Under the pieces are notes generated by a model, which saw only the letters and a program-made list of their open reading frames with translations, had not been told where the DNA came from and ran no database searches. A stretch of 64,000 nucleotides of DNA from Candidatus Uhrbacteria bacterium CG_4_9_14_3_um_filter_41_35 (GTDB lineage: Bacteria; Patescibacteriota; Patescibacteriia; UBA9934), in contig PFWT01000009.1 in assembly GCA_002791275.1 (NCBI GenBank), forward strand, positions 72,797 through 136,796. Reading direction: 5' to 3'. This document shows positions 47,798 through 56,690 of the stretch, in pieces; the stretch's first letter is position 1, and each line of letters opens with the position of its first letter. The position numbers were made by a program, and so were the translations under genes.

Positions 47798-48796
47798 TTA
47801 TATCAATTTTTGTAATTTTTGAAACTGAGCTTCAGCCGTAAACTCGGCCAGTGTTCTATCTCTACCCGCGAGACCCATTTTTAGACATAAACTTTGGTTC
47901 TCGACAAGTCTTATAATCGCGGATTTGAGTTCTTCTTGACTATCATTGATTAAAATCCCTGTCTCGTTATCTAAAACAGCCTCATCTACACCTGGATGGT
48001 TTACTGCAATTGACGGTAATCCAAATAAGCCTGCTTCTAAATAGACTATGCCAAAACCCTCTCGGTCGGTGTTTGTTTTGGAAGTTGGCATCACAAAAAT
48101 ATCTGCTTCTTTGTAAATTTCCGGTAGATCTTCATCTGCAACTTCTGTTCGTAGTTCCACCTGATCTTCAAGTTTATACTCCGCTATTTTTTTCAAAATT
48201 TCAGTTTTCATTTCACCGTCGCCAACAATGAGATATTTTACATCTCTTAAATTCTTCAATACTTCAAGGATCTTCAAATGACCCTTCCGCTCAACTAAAC
48301 GACCAACTGTTAATAGTTTTACGGTTTTTCGATTTAGGCGGTTAGGAATATGGGATGTTTTGATTAAAGCGTCAGATACTACCGGGTACACAACCAGTGA
48401 ATCTACTCCACAAAATTTCTTTACTTCGTTTGCGAGCGCCTGCGAATTTACAGTGACCACTTTTGCTTTTTTTAGAATTTTCCGAGCAAAATAAGCTCTA
48501 GCAATATTCCTTCGAGCTAAATCAAAGTCCATACCGTGTAACATTACTAAGTATGGTTTACGGATCTTTCTAAGTGCGTTTCCAATCGGATATATGTGAC
48601 TCGTCCAGATTTCGTCGTAATCTACCGCAAGCGTTTGTATTTTTTTAACTAATTTCTTTCCTCGTGGAAAATTCGTTGGCCAATATTTAATCACAATATT
48701 TTCGCCCAAAACCTGCTTAAGTGCAGATAAATAGCGTGCAACCCCACCTCTTTGAGGTGTAAAATCAGGCGTTGGAAGTAATATCCTCTTCGACAT
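47798..48796 (-). CDS. glycosyltransferase family 4 (GT-B)
   Basis: 332 aa with the EGFGIVYLEAGLFGLP E-x7-E motif. Confidence 0.85.
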   Translation of the reverse strand: MSKRILLPTPDFTPQRGGVARYLSALKQVLGENIVIKYWPTNFPRGKKLVKKIQTLAVDYDEIWTSHIYPIGNALRKIRKPYLVMLHGMDFDLARRNIARAYFARKILKKAKVVTVNSQALANEVKKFCGVDSLVVYPVVSDALIKTSHIPNRLNRKTVKLLTVGRLVERKGHLKILEVLKNLRDVKYLIVGDGEMKTEILKKIAEYKLEDQVELRTEVADEDLPEIYKEADIFVMPTSKTNTDREGFGIVYLEAGLFGLPSIAVNHPGVDEAVLDNETGILINDSQEELKSAIIRLVENQSLCLKMGLAGRDRTLAEFTAEAQFQKLQKLI

Positions 48797-50237
48797 AACC
48801 TGCTTTTTTAAAAATTAAATTTTTAAAAGTTTTGAAGTGCTCTAAAGTTAAAGACTTAAATAAAAATGCAGCAGTAATATAAACAATTGCACCTATTGGC
48901 ACAGCGAGTGAAAAATGAATGTAAGGTTTTATTAGGATAACTGCAAACGCCATTAATAACGCTGATATGAGCAATCCGCCTGTTTGTTTAAAGAGGTCTT
49001 TCAAAGAAATATTGATAGCTTTTTTAGCAAACAACCAACCGCTCAAAAACATAAAACTAAAACTTACAAGAGCAGAAATACTAGCGCCTGAAGTGCCATA
49101 ATTTGGAATCAAAATAAGATTCATTATTACATTTATAATCATCGTAACCCCCATTACAGCGGTCTTTATGTAGTGTCGGTTTGTAGCATTTAAAAGTGAA
49201 CCAACTGGAAAATCAAGGAATATAGGGATTAGACCAAAAACCAGAATTTGAAGCGGTAAAATTGAGTTCAAAAACTCTGCTCCATAAAAAGCTTGAATAA
49301 TTTCAGGCGCTATCGACCAAAGACCAAAAACTATTGGAAAACCAAGTAAGGCCATATACCAAAAAGCACTTAGCAGTGTTTGCTTGAGCGCTAGTTTATC
49401 TTCAGCTTGTGCACTCATTGTTGGGTAAAGCGCTGCTACGAAAGCGAGTGGTAGGAACTGAAAGGCATATGTTAACTTATACGCAACTGCATACTCACCA
49501 ACTGCTATATCCCCCACTACTTTTGATAAAATCAGTGAGTCAACATAAGAATAAACTTTAACAAAAATTGCAGCTAAAAAGAATGCAAAAGACATCGAAA
49601 GCACCTTCTTGCTCATACTTAGTTTTGGCACAAGCGCTTCCCAGCCTAAATAGCGAACAATCTGAACAGAGCTAAAAAACATATTCCAAACACTCCCGAG
49701 AAGCAATGCCAAAATTAGCAAAGGTAAAGTTACATTATCTGTTGCTATTAAAATTATTCCAACAACAAGGGTTAGTGATTGACCGACAAATATTCCAATC
49801 GATTCATATTTTAGATTTTGCAAACCTCGCATTACTCCAAAACAAGTAACCGTCACCGCGTCCGCAATCATTACTAGAGTTGCAATATGAACTAGTTTTA
49901 TAACATCTGCATCATAGTGCAGAAATATTGGGGTAAAGTATGTTAAAACAGCTGCCAGTGGTATGAAAAATAATTTTAAACCAATAACATTTCTAACCCA
50001 AATTTTAGCATCCTCCTTAGCCTTAGCTACTTCACGAATTACCACCGAAGTTAAGCCAAAATCCGTAACTGCCTGAAAAACCATTGTAACTGCAATAGCT
50101 AAAAAGTATTTCCCAGTTCCCTCAACTCCAATTGAGCGCGCGATAATTGTAAAATAAATAAAAGAAATAGCCTTAACAGCTACCATTGCCATGGTATAGT
50201 ACATGGTATTTTTAGCGAGTTTTGGTGAAGTTGACAT
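48765..50237 (-). CDS. polysaccharide flippase, MOP/Wzx family
   Basis: 490 aa with 12-14 predicted TM helices and an N-terminal region typical of Wzx/PST transporters. Confidence 0.75.
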   Translation of the reverse strand: MSTSPKLAKNTMYYTMAMVAVKAISFIYFTIIARSIGVEGTGKYFLAIAVTMVFQAVTDFGLTSVVIREVAKAKEDAKIWVRNVIGLKLFFIPLAAVLTYFTPIFLHYDADVIKLVHIATLVMIADAVTVTCFGVMRGLQNLKYESIGIFVGQSLTLVVGIILIATDNVTLPLLILALLLGSVWNMFFSSVQIVRYLGWEALVPKLSMSKKVLSMSFAFFLAAIFVKVYSYVDSLILSKVVGDIAVGEYAVAYKLTYAFQFLPLAFVAALYPTMSAQAEDKLALKQTLLSAFWYMALLGFPIVFGLWSIAPEIIQAFYGAEFLNSILPLQILVFGLIPIFLDFPVGSLLNATNRHYIKTAVMGVTMIINVIMNLILIPNYGTSGASISALVSFSFMFLSGWLFAKKAINISLKDLFKQTGGLLISALLMAFAVILIKPYIHFSLAVPIGAIVYITAAFLFKSLTLEHFKTFKNLIFKKAGYVEEDITSNA

Positions 50238-50324
50238 GCGGATATAATACGTCAGTTATCCCTTTCTATCAAGTAATTTATTGACTATTTAACCGAATCC
50301 GATACTATAAATAAGGGGTGTGGA

Positions 50325-50603
50325 ATGAAGTACTCAAGCCTTGAAGACACAATTAGAGAATTTCGTGTCCTGGTGTATTTAATGTATGTTGTTGCAACAC
50401 TGTTTATTACTGCCTATCTACTTAGCTCGTTTCATAAACATGAGGCACAGCCGATCTTCTACCTATTTCCTGGACTCGTGTTCCTGATAATTAGCCATTA
50501 TTTTGCAACCCAGTATTTTACCAAGGATCACGCATACAGGCTGACAACACTCACCTGCTATACTACCTTCTTGATGATTGTAGCAATTGCAGTCATTTTC
50601 TAA
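50325..50603 (+). CDS. hypothetical small membrane protein
   Basis: 92 aa with three hydrophobic helices. No family recognised. Confidence 0.3.
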   Translation: MKYSSLEDTIREFRVLVYLMYVVATLFITAYLLSSFHKHEAQPIFYLFPGLVFLIISHYFATQYFTKDHAYRLTTLTCYTTFLMIVAIAVIF

Positions 50604-50630
50604 CCCAGCTACGCTGTGGTTTTTTTGTAC

Positions 50631-50660
50631 AAAAAAAATCCCCTTTTGGGGATTTTTTTT
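50631..50660. terminator. bidirectional intrinsic terminator (A-run, 10 bp stem, T-run)
   Basis: The stem aaaaatcccc pairs with ggggattttt across a tttt loop. It lies between the 50325 gene (+) and rpsI (-). Confidence 0.6.
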
Positions 50661-50664
50661 GAAT

Positions 50665-51060
50665 TTATCGTTTTCGCCACTGTTGTGAACGTCGAGCTTT
50701 TCGAAGTCCAGGTTTCTTTCTTTCTTTTACTCGAGCATCTCGAGTAAGAAGTCCAGTAGCCTTAATAGCAGCCTTTAGTTCCTCATCCATTTTTACAAGT
50801 GCGCGCGCAACTCCAAGTCTCACAGCGTCTGCTTGTCCCTTCATTCCACCACCTAAAACTCTAACAGTAATGTCAACGGTTTCAGTCTTACCAACTCCAA
50901 TAAGTGGTAGTGCGGCAATCTCTTGAGTTGCAGCAGTGTGGAAGTATTCCTTTAGCTCTTTGTCGTTTACGGAGAATTTTCCAGTTCCGGCTGGGTAAAG
51001 TCTTACCTGAGCAGTAGCTTCTTTCCGTCGACCTATTGCTTGTACGTATGTTTCAGCCAT
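50665..51060 (-). CDS. rpsI: 30S ribosomal protein S9
   Basis: 131 aa with a C-terminal RDARVKERKK-G-RKARR--Q-RKR signature. Confidence 0.95.
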   Translation of the reverse strand: MAETYVQAIGRRKEATAQVRLYPAGTGKFSVNDKELKEYFHTAATQEIAALPLIGVGKTETVDITVRVLGGGMKGQADAVRLGVARALVKMDEELKAAIKATGLLTRDARVKERKKPGLRKARRSQQWRKR

Positions 51061-51061
51061 A

Positions 51062-51418
51062 TTATGAAATATTCAATCGATTCATTCGCTCAACTCGGTG
51101 CTTGTTTTTAGGAAGCATTCGTGAAACTGCGAACTCTAGGACCTTTCGTGGATCTTCCGCGAAAATTGCTCCCATTACCTTTGTTGTAAGTCCACCTGGA
51201 TAACCAGAGTGACGGTAATATTGTTTCTGATTAAGCTTTTTACCAGTGATTTTAACCTTTGCGATATTTTCTACCACAATTACATCTCCAGCATCGATAT
51301 GAGCCTGGTATGTTGGCTTGTGCTTTCCAATAAGGTGGGTTGCAATATCAGTTGCAATTCTTCCCAAAGTCTTATCGGTTGCATCAACCTTATAAGTATC
51401 TCTATTTACTGTAGTCAT
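51062..51418 (-). CDS. rplM: 50S ribosomal protein L13
   Basis: 118 aa. L13 N-terminal motifs, plus position upstream of rpsI as in the canonical rplM-rpsI pair. Confidence 0.9.
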   Translation of the reverse strand: MTTVNRDTYKVDATDKTLGRIATDIATHLIGKHKPTYQAHIDAGDVIVVENIAKVKITGKKLNQKQYYRHSGYPGGLTTKVMGAIFAEDPRKVLEFAVSRMLPKNKHRVERMNRLNIS

Positions 51419-51419
51419 A

Positions 51420-51770
51420 TTAAACTAGTTCTAAAATTACAACTTCAGCTCCATCTCCCTTACGGTGACCCATCTTAACGATTCGAGTATATCCACCGTT
51501 TCGGTCCTTGTACTTAGGTACAATAACCTCAAGAAGCTTGTTTACCGGCTGTTCTGTTGTAAAGAAAGCTAGTAAATTTCGTCGTGCTGCTAGGTTATCC
51601 TTTTTTGCGGCTGTAATTAGCTTCTCAACAACTTGTTGAGTTACCTTCGCCTTTCCAAGTGTAAGCTTGATTCTATCGTAGATAATTACGCTAGTTGCAA
51701 GATCACGAAGAAGAGCTTTCCGAGCGGATACCTTTCTTTTTAATGTTTTTGTAGTATTTCGATGTCGCAT
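51420..51770 (-). CDS. rplQ: 50S ribosomal protein L17
   Basis: 116 aa starting MRHRNTTKTLKR. Lies after rpoA as usual. Confidence 0.95.
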   Translation of the reverse strand: MRHRNTTKTLKRKVSARKALLRDLATSVIIYDRIKLTLGKAKVTQQVVEKLITAAKKDNLAARRNLLAFFTTEQPVNKLLEVIVPKYKDRNGGYTRIVKMGHRKGDGAEVVILELV

Positions 51771-51772
51771 AT

Positions 51773-52582
51773 TTATTCTTCAGTTTCCTCAATTTCTTCG
51801 GAAATGTTTTCAACCTCTTCTTTAGTTTCATCAATTACTTCTTCAGCATCCTCTGAAGCAGCTGCAATTTTCTCTGTTAGAGAAGCGTGCGCTAGCTGAC
51901 CTTCGATCCAGTTAAAGTGGTTAAGAAGGATTTTTACTGCATCACCCACAGCTTCCTGTGCTGAAACAGTACCGTCAGTTAAGATATTCATGTTAACTTT
52001 GTCGTAGTTAGTAATTTCACCAACACGAGTGTTTTCAACAGTGATTCCAACATTCACAACTGGGCTGAAAAATGCGTCCATAGCCATTACACCAATATCA
52101 TTGCCAGTTGAATTCTGTTCTTCCGTAGGAACGAAACCGCGACCTCGACCAACTGTAATTTCCGCGTGGAAAGTTGCAGATTTATCTGTCATTGTAGCGA
52201 TCACTAGATCTGAGTTTACAATTTCAACATCAGCGTTTCCGCTAATATCTTTCGCAGTAACTTCACCCTGTCGACCTGTCACCTCTAGATTAAGGATTAT
52301 AGGTTCGTCTGTGTGAACTTTTAAGCGAAGCAACTTGAGATTTAAGATGATCTCGAGCGTATCTTCTTTCACGCCCTCAATAGTTGAGTATTCGTGATTA
52401 GCACCTTTGATCTTAACAGCAGTAACTGCAGCACCCTCCAAAGAGGAGAGCAACACACGCCGAAGGGCGTTTCCTACCGTCGTTCCATAACCATGATGAA
52501 GTGGCTCGATCGTTAGAATCGATTCATTCTCTAGGTCTCCGTCCCGGAAGGACATTTTTGATGGAAGAAGGATGTTCTCCAT
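51773..52582 (-). CDS. rpoA: DNA-directed RNA polymerase subunit alpha (NTD only, acidic C-terminal tail)
   Basis: 269 aa. The alpha-NTD motifs (EPLHHGYGTTVGNALRRVLLSSLEGAAVTAVKI) are present. No alpha-CTD helix-hairpin-helix region follows; instead there is a 35 aa E/D-rich tail. Confidence 0.9.
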   Translation of the reverse strand: MENILLPSKMSFRDGDLENESILTIEPLHHGYGTTVGNALRRVLLSSLEGAAVTAVKIKGANHEYSTIEGVKEDTLEIILNLKLLRLKVHTDEPIILNLEVTGRQGEVTAKDISGNADVEIVNSDLVIATMTDKSATFHAEITVGRGRGFVPTEEQNSTGNDIGVMAMDAFFSPVVNVGITVENTRVGEITNYDKVNMNILTDGTVSAQEAVGDAVKILLNHFNWIEGQLAHASLTEKIAAASEDAEEVIDETKEEVENISEEIEETEE

Positions 52583-52612
52583 AATATATGTTAATAATTG
52601 ATGAAAAATTAT

Positions 52613-53239
52613 TTATCGTGAATAGAACTCAATGATGAGTTTTGGATCGTAAACTTCTTTTAGATCCTCACCTTCTGGTAAACTCACAACCTTACCTTCT
52701 TTTGTACCTAGATCAAGATGTAGCCACCCTGGCACAGTTTGATTCTTCAACCGGTCATCTAGTTCGTTGAAAATTGGCTTTAAAACTTTGTTTGGGCGAA
52801 TAGTAATCACATCGTCAACCTTAACAGTATATGATGGAATATTTACCTTCTGTCCATTTACACAAAAGAGTGCGTGACTAACCAATTGTCTAGCTTGTGG
52901 TCTTGTTTTAGCAAAACCTAGTCTGTAAACCGTGTTGTCTAGTCGCATTTCAAGTAGACGTGGTAGGTTTTCAGCTGTGTTTCCTTCCATTCTTGAAGCC
53001 TTTGTAAAGTAGTTTCGGAACTGTTTTTCTAACAGACCGTAAAGTCGTTTAGCTTTCTGTTTTTCACGAAGCTGAATTCCGTAAACTGAAAGTCGAGCTG
53101 GACGTTTTCCACTATTTCCACCGTGTTGCCCTGGAGCAGACGGTCGTCTTTGCATTATTTTGAGTACTTTGTCACCGGTTGAAAGTGCAACACCTTCTCG
53201 TCGGCTCATTTTACCCATTTTTTTGAGTGTCTTTCCCAT
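52613..53239 (-). CDS. rpsD: 30S ribosomal protein S4
   Basis: 208 aa with the S4 N-terminal SRREG region and a C-terminal S4 RNA-binding domain. Confidence 0.95.
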   Translation of the reverse strand: MGKTLKKMGKMSRREGVALSTGDKVLKIMQRRPSAPGQHGGNSGKRPARLSVYGIQLREKQKAKRLYGLLEKQFRNYFTKASRMEGNTAENLPRLLEMRLDNTVYRLGFAKTRPQARQLVSHALFCVNGQKVNIPSYTVKVDDVITIRPNKVLKPIFNELDDRLKNQTVPGWLHLDLGTKEGKVVSLPEGEDLKEVYDPKLIIEFYSR

Positions 53240-53266
53240 ATCAATTCGATATTCTAAATTTCTATG

Positions 53267-53746
53267 TTAGATCCGTCGAGGACGTCTAGCACGGCAACCA
53301 TTATGTGGCACCGGTGTTGTCTCCTTAATAGAAACAATATTAAATCCTTTTGCGTTAAGTGTTCGGATTGCTGAATCTCGTCCATTACCAATTCCAGTAA
53401 CGAAAACTTGTAGATCCTTCATACCAAGCGCTTCAGCCTTATCTGCAACCTTGTTTATGATGATACTTGCAGCGTAAGGAGTTGCCTTTTTAGGTCCCTT
53501 AAAACCGCAGTTTCCAGCACTTGCCCAAGTTAGCACGTTTCCATTTGCGTCGGTTAGTGTAACGATGGTGTTGTTAAGTGTTGACTGAACGTAAGCTCGT
53601 CCTTTTGGATGTGACTTAACAGTTCGTTTCTTTCCTTTTGCTGTACGAATAAACTTAGGTTGTTTTTTCTCAACTTTCTTTTTATCATCAGCAGCTACTT
53701 CAGTAGCTTCAGTCGTCTCTTCGATTGTGATTTCTTCTTCTGTCAT
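53267..53746 (-). CDS. rpsK: 30S ribosomal protein S11 (with ~30 aa acidic N-terminal extension)
   Basis: 159 aa with the S11 core (NNTIVTLTD-NGN-L-WASAG...PHNGCR) at the C-terminus. Confidence 0.95.
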   Translation of the reverse strand: MTEEEITIEETTEATEVAADDKKKVEKKQPKFIRTAKGKKRTVKSHPKGRAYVQSTLNNTIVTLTDANGNVLTWASAGNCGFKGPKKATPYAASIIINKVADKAEALGMKDLQVFVTGIGNGRDSAIRTLNAKGFNIVSIKETTPVPHNGCRARRPRRI

Positions 53747-53774
53747 AATCTTTTAAGATTTGAGTATGAATTTT

Positions 53775-54161
53775 CTAGGTCTTAGAGATGGTTCGACGTC
53801 CACTTCCTGCTGTTGACCGTTTGTTTCCTCGAACTGTTCGAGAGTTAGTCTTGGTTCTCTGTCCACGCGCTGGTAGGCGTTTTGTGTGTCGAGAACCTCG
53901 GTAAGAACCGATTTCCTTAAGTCGTTTAATGTTTCCTGAAACATCACGTCTTAATTCTCCCTCAACTCTGTATTCTTTTTCTACAACCGTACGAACAATG
54001 TTTTCTTGGTCGATTGTAAGATCCTTAACTCGGACGCTTTCATCGATATCTACCTGCTTCAAAATCTTTTTTGAAGTTGTAGGGCCAATACCATGAATAT
54101 AGGTAAGCGCGATTACGATTCTTTTATCTGATGGGATTGTAACTCCTGCGATACGTGCCAT
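53775..54161 (-). CDS. rpsM: 30S ribosomal protein S13
   Basis: 128 aa starting MARIAGV-IP. Confidence 0.95.
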   Translation of the reverse strand: MARIAGVTIPSDKRIVIALTYIHGIGPTTSKKILKQVDIDESVRVKDLTIDQENIVRTVVEKEYRVEGELRRDVSGNIKRLKEIGSYRGSRHTKRLPARGQRTKTNSRTVRGNKRSTAGSGRRTISKT

Positions 54162-54191
54162 AATATATAATTATTTGCAAACAAAGCTAAT

Positions 54192-54305
54192 TTAGCCCTG
54201 TCGCTGTTTATGCTTTGGGGTCTTACAAATAACATGAACTCGTCCTTTTCGACGGATTACATGACAGTCTCTACATATCTTTTTTGCTGACGATCTTACT
54301 TTCAT
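54192..54305 (-). CDS. rpmJ: 50S ribosomal protein L36
   Basis: Not in the ORF track because it is 37 aa. The reverse frame from ATG 54305 to TAA 54192 encodes [37 protein letters not shown], the L36 zinc-ribbon signature, between infA and rpsM as is canonical. Confidence 0.9.
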   Translation of the reverse strand: MKVRSSAKKICRDCHVIRRKGRVHVICKTPKHKQRQG

Positions 54306-54373
54306 AATATCTATTTTTATCAGAAAATCACCCAAAATTAGCGGTGATCTTCAACTAAGGTCGACATATCGTA

Positions 54374-54589
54374 TTAAAATCTATACGTGATGCGTCCTTT
54401 TGTGAGATCATAAGGGCTGATCTCAACTTTGACTTCATCTCCTGACATTATACGGATGCGAAATTTGCGCAACCGGCCGGAAAGATGAGCGATTAATTCC
54501 TGATCGTTCTCAAGTTGAACGCGGAAATTGCCACCGGGAAGTGACTCTTCCACAGTGCCTCGCATTTCTATAAAATCTTTTTCTGCCAT
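54374..54589 (-). CDS. infA: translation initiation factor IF-1
   Basis: 71 aa S1-like OB fold with near-consensus IF-1 sequence. Confidence 0.95.
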   Translation of the reverse strand: MAEKDFIEMRGTVEESLPGGNFRVQLENDQELIAHLSGRLRKFRIRIMSGDEVKVEISPYDLTKGRITYRF

Positions 54590-54599
54590 AAGCTGATGA

Positions 54600-54628
54600 A
54601 AGTATATACTAACTTACAATTTTTGGCA
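54600..54628 (-). promoter_or_regulatory. sigma70-like promoter of the infA-rpmJ-rpsM... cluster (TTGCCA-17-TATACT, minus strand)
   Basis: On the minus strand the -35 is the complement of 54623-54628 and the -10 the complement of 54600-54605. The -10 ends 10 nt before the infA ATG, and there is no SD. Confidence 0.4.
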
Positions 54629-54735
54629 AGAAGTAGTCAGATTTCAATGCTTTGAGATCTTACTAGACAGACCAAATATTGTCAAGAATATGTGAGTATT
54701 AACAACTTAATTAGTTATAATTAGCCAGCGCACTG

Positions 54736-54763
54736 AAAAACTACATAAAAAATGTAGTTTTTT
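54736..54763. terminator. bidirectional intrinsic terminator downstream of alaS
   Basis: It reads A5, then a ctacat stem, aaaaa loop and atgtag stem, then T6. Confidence 0.5.
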
Positions 54764-54768
54764 GTTGT

Positions 54769-56544
54769 TTAACCCAAAATTGCTTTAATTCTACGGATTC
54801 CAGCGCTTGAAGCTTCCTCTTTTTGTAATGTAAAGTGGCCAAGTTCAGCAGTATTTTCAACATGTGGACCACCACAGATTTCACTCGAGTAATCCCCAAT
54901 AAAATAAACCTTTACCTGATCACCAACGCTCTCGTATTTATCTTCAAATAGACCAATCGCTCCCCTTTTCTTTGCTTCAGCCACTGTTAATAACTCCTGA
55001 TGAACCGATAATTTTGCATCAATTTGCGCGTTTACAATATCTTCAACCCGTTTCTTCTGTTCATCTGTCATCTTTTCTGGGTGACTAAAATCAAACCTTA
55101 GTCTCTCCTGGGTAATATTTGAACCTTTTTGCTCAACGTGATCTCCAAGAACGTCTCGCAGTGCTTGGTGCAAGAGATGTGTTGCTGTATGTAGTTTTCT
55201 TGCTTCAACAGAATCGTCAACTAATCCGCCAGCAAATTTCTGACCAGCGCCAGCTCGACTCAATTCTTGATGGTTAACAAATTCAGATTCAAAAAGCTGT
55301 CTTTCAACTTTTTGACCGTACTCTGAAGCAATTTCTTCAGTGAGCTCCAAAGGAAAACCATAAGATTGATAAAGATCAAAGGCGTCCTTGCCAGTAATTT
55401 GGTTTTGTTCGTCCCAAAGCTTTTGAAGTTGTTTAAGTCCTTTTTGTACTGATTTATCAAATTTCGCCGCCTCTGTTAGTAACACTTGTACCAAACGATC
55501 CCGCTGTTCATCCAAAATTGGGTAACCAGCCCTTAAAGACGCTATAATCTCATCAACAACCTGCTCCACAAGATCCACTGAATCGATATTGAGTTTTCTC
55601 GCATGACGAATAGCTCTACGTACCAGTCGGCGTAAAATATAACCCTGATCTTTGTTGGATGGCTCAATGCCGTCCGATATGATCATAACCGACGACCGCA
55701 AGTGATCAGCGATAATTCTCATTGAAACACCAGTTTGATGTTCTGCATCGTATTCTTCCCTTGCTAAAAGAGAAATTCTTGCCAAAATTCCAGTAAATAA
55801 CTCAGTTTCGTAAACACTCTTTTTTCCTTGAAGTACCGCTGTTGTGCGTTCAAGACCCATTCCGGTATCCACATTTCGTTTTGCAAGCGGAAGAAGGGCT
55901 CCGGATTCATCTTTATTAAACTGCATGAACACATTATTCCAAATTTCGACCCAAGCGTTATTTTCAGGATCAAAATCTTCCGGTGCCTCACCTTCTCCGG
56001 TCCAATAAAAAATTTCTGTGTCCGGTCCCTGGGGTCCTGTGTGCTTACCACCAGCTGGCCACCAGTTCTGCTCATTGTTCAGTTTTGCGATGCGACCTCG
56101 ACTAACACCGAGTGCTAACCATTTTGTAAAAGCTTCTTCATCAAAAGGCGCATTCTCATCCCCTTCAAACACACTAAATGCCAATTTTTCAAGAGGGATA
56201 TTGAGCCACTCAGGGGAAGTCAGGAACTCAAAACTCCACTCAATGCTTTCGTTTTTGAAATAATCACCAAGCGACCAGTTTCCAAGCATTTCAAAAAAAG
56301 TTAGGTGAGTTCGATCGCCAACCTCATCAATATCACCGGTTCGAACACATTTCTGATAATCAACCAAACGTGTTCCAGCTGGGTGGTCCTCCCCCATTAA
56401 ATATGGAACCAGAGGATGCATACCAGCGGTTGTAAATAAAACCGAAGGATCGTTCACAGGAACCAGTGAAGCACTTGGTATTTCTCGATGCCCTTTTGAA
56501 GCAAAAAATTGAATATATTTTCGTCGAAGTTCGTTTGCAGTCAT
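54769..56544 (-). CDS. alaS: alanyl-tRNA synthetase, catalytic plus editing domains only
   Basis: 591 aa. The N-terminal class II AlaRS catalytic core (FTTAGMHPLVPY, WGGPAG-like region) and the editing-domain Zn motif (HTATHLLHQAL...CGGPHV) are present. The C-Ala domain is absent, since the ORF ends soon after the editing domain. Confidence 0.9.
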   Translation of the reverse strand: MTANELRRKYIQFFASKGHREIPSASLVPVNDPSVLFTTAGMHPLVPYLMGEDHPAGTRLVDYQKCVRTGDIDEVGDRTHLTFFEMLGNWSLGDYFKNESIEWSFEFLTSPEWLNIPLEKLAFSVFEGDENAPFDEEAFTKWLALGVSRGRIAKLNNEQNWWPAGGKHTGPQGPDTEIFYWTGEGEAPEDFDPENNAWVEIWNNVFMQFNKDESGALLPLAKRNVDTGMGLERTTAVLQGKKSVYETELFTGILARISLLAREEYDAEHQTGVSMRIIADHLRSSVMIISDGIEPSNKDQGYILRRLVRRAIRHARKLNIDSVDLVEQVVDEIIASLRAGYPILDEQRDRLVQVLLTEAAKFDKSVQKGLKQLQKLWDEQNQITGKDAFDLYQSYGFPLELTEEIASEYGQKVERQLFESEFVNHQELSRAGAGQKFAGGLVDDSVEARKLHTATHLLHQALRDVLGDHVEQKGSNITQERLRFDFSHPEKMTDEQKKRVEDIVNAQIDAKLSVHQELLTVAEAKKRGAIGLFEDKYESVGDQVKVYFIGDYSSEICGGPHVENTAELGHFTLQKEEASSAGIRRIKAILG

Positions 56545-56690
56545 AGTGCAGAAACTATACCAGATTAGTTATAATTATCAAGATATTTGTTGAAGCAAAA
56601 TATTCTTTCAAAACTAAAGAGACACTAGCTAATACTTTTGATAAATAAATAAATAAATGTCGTACTCTACAACCCACCTCTTTATTTTCA

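Noticed and set aside
43047-56263. Remaining nested ORFs (39499..39714, 43047..43274, 43878..44081, 44920..45132, 46705..46959, 46996..47352, 48010..48231, 51209..51478, 52029..52316, 53753..53947, 55260..55460, 55764..56075, 55828..56118, 56018..56263)
   Set aside because: All lie inside confidently assigned genes (the secreted repeat protein, priA, def, fmt, GNAT, Wzy-like, GT2, GT4, r-proteins, rpoA, alaS) in another frame or strand.
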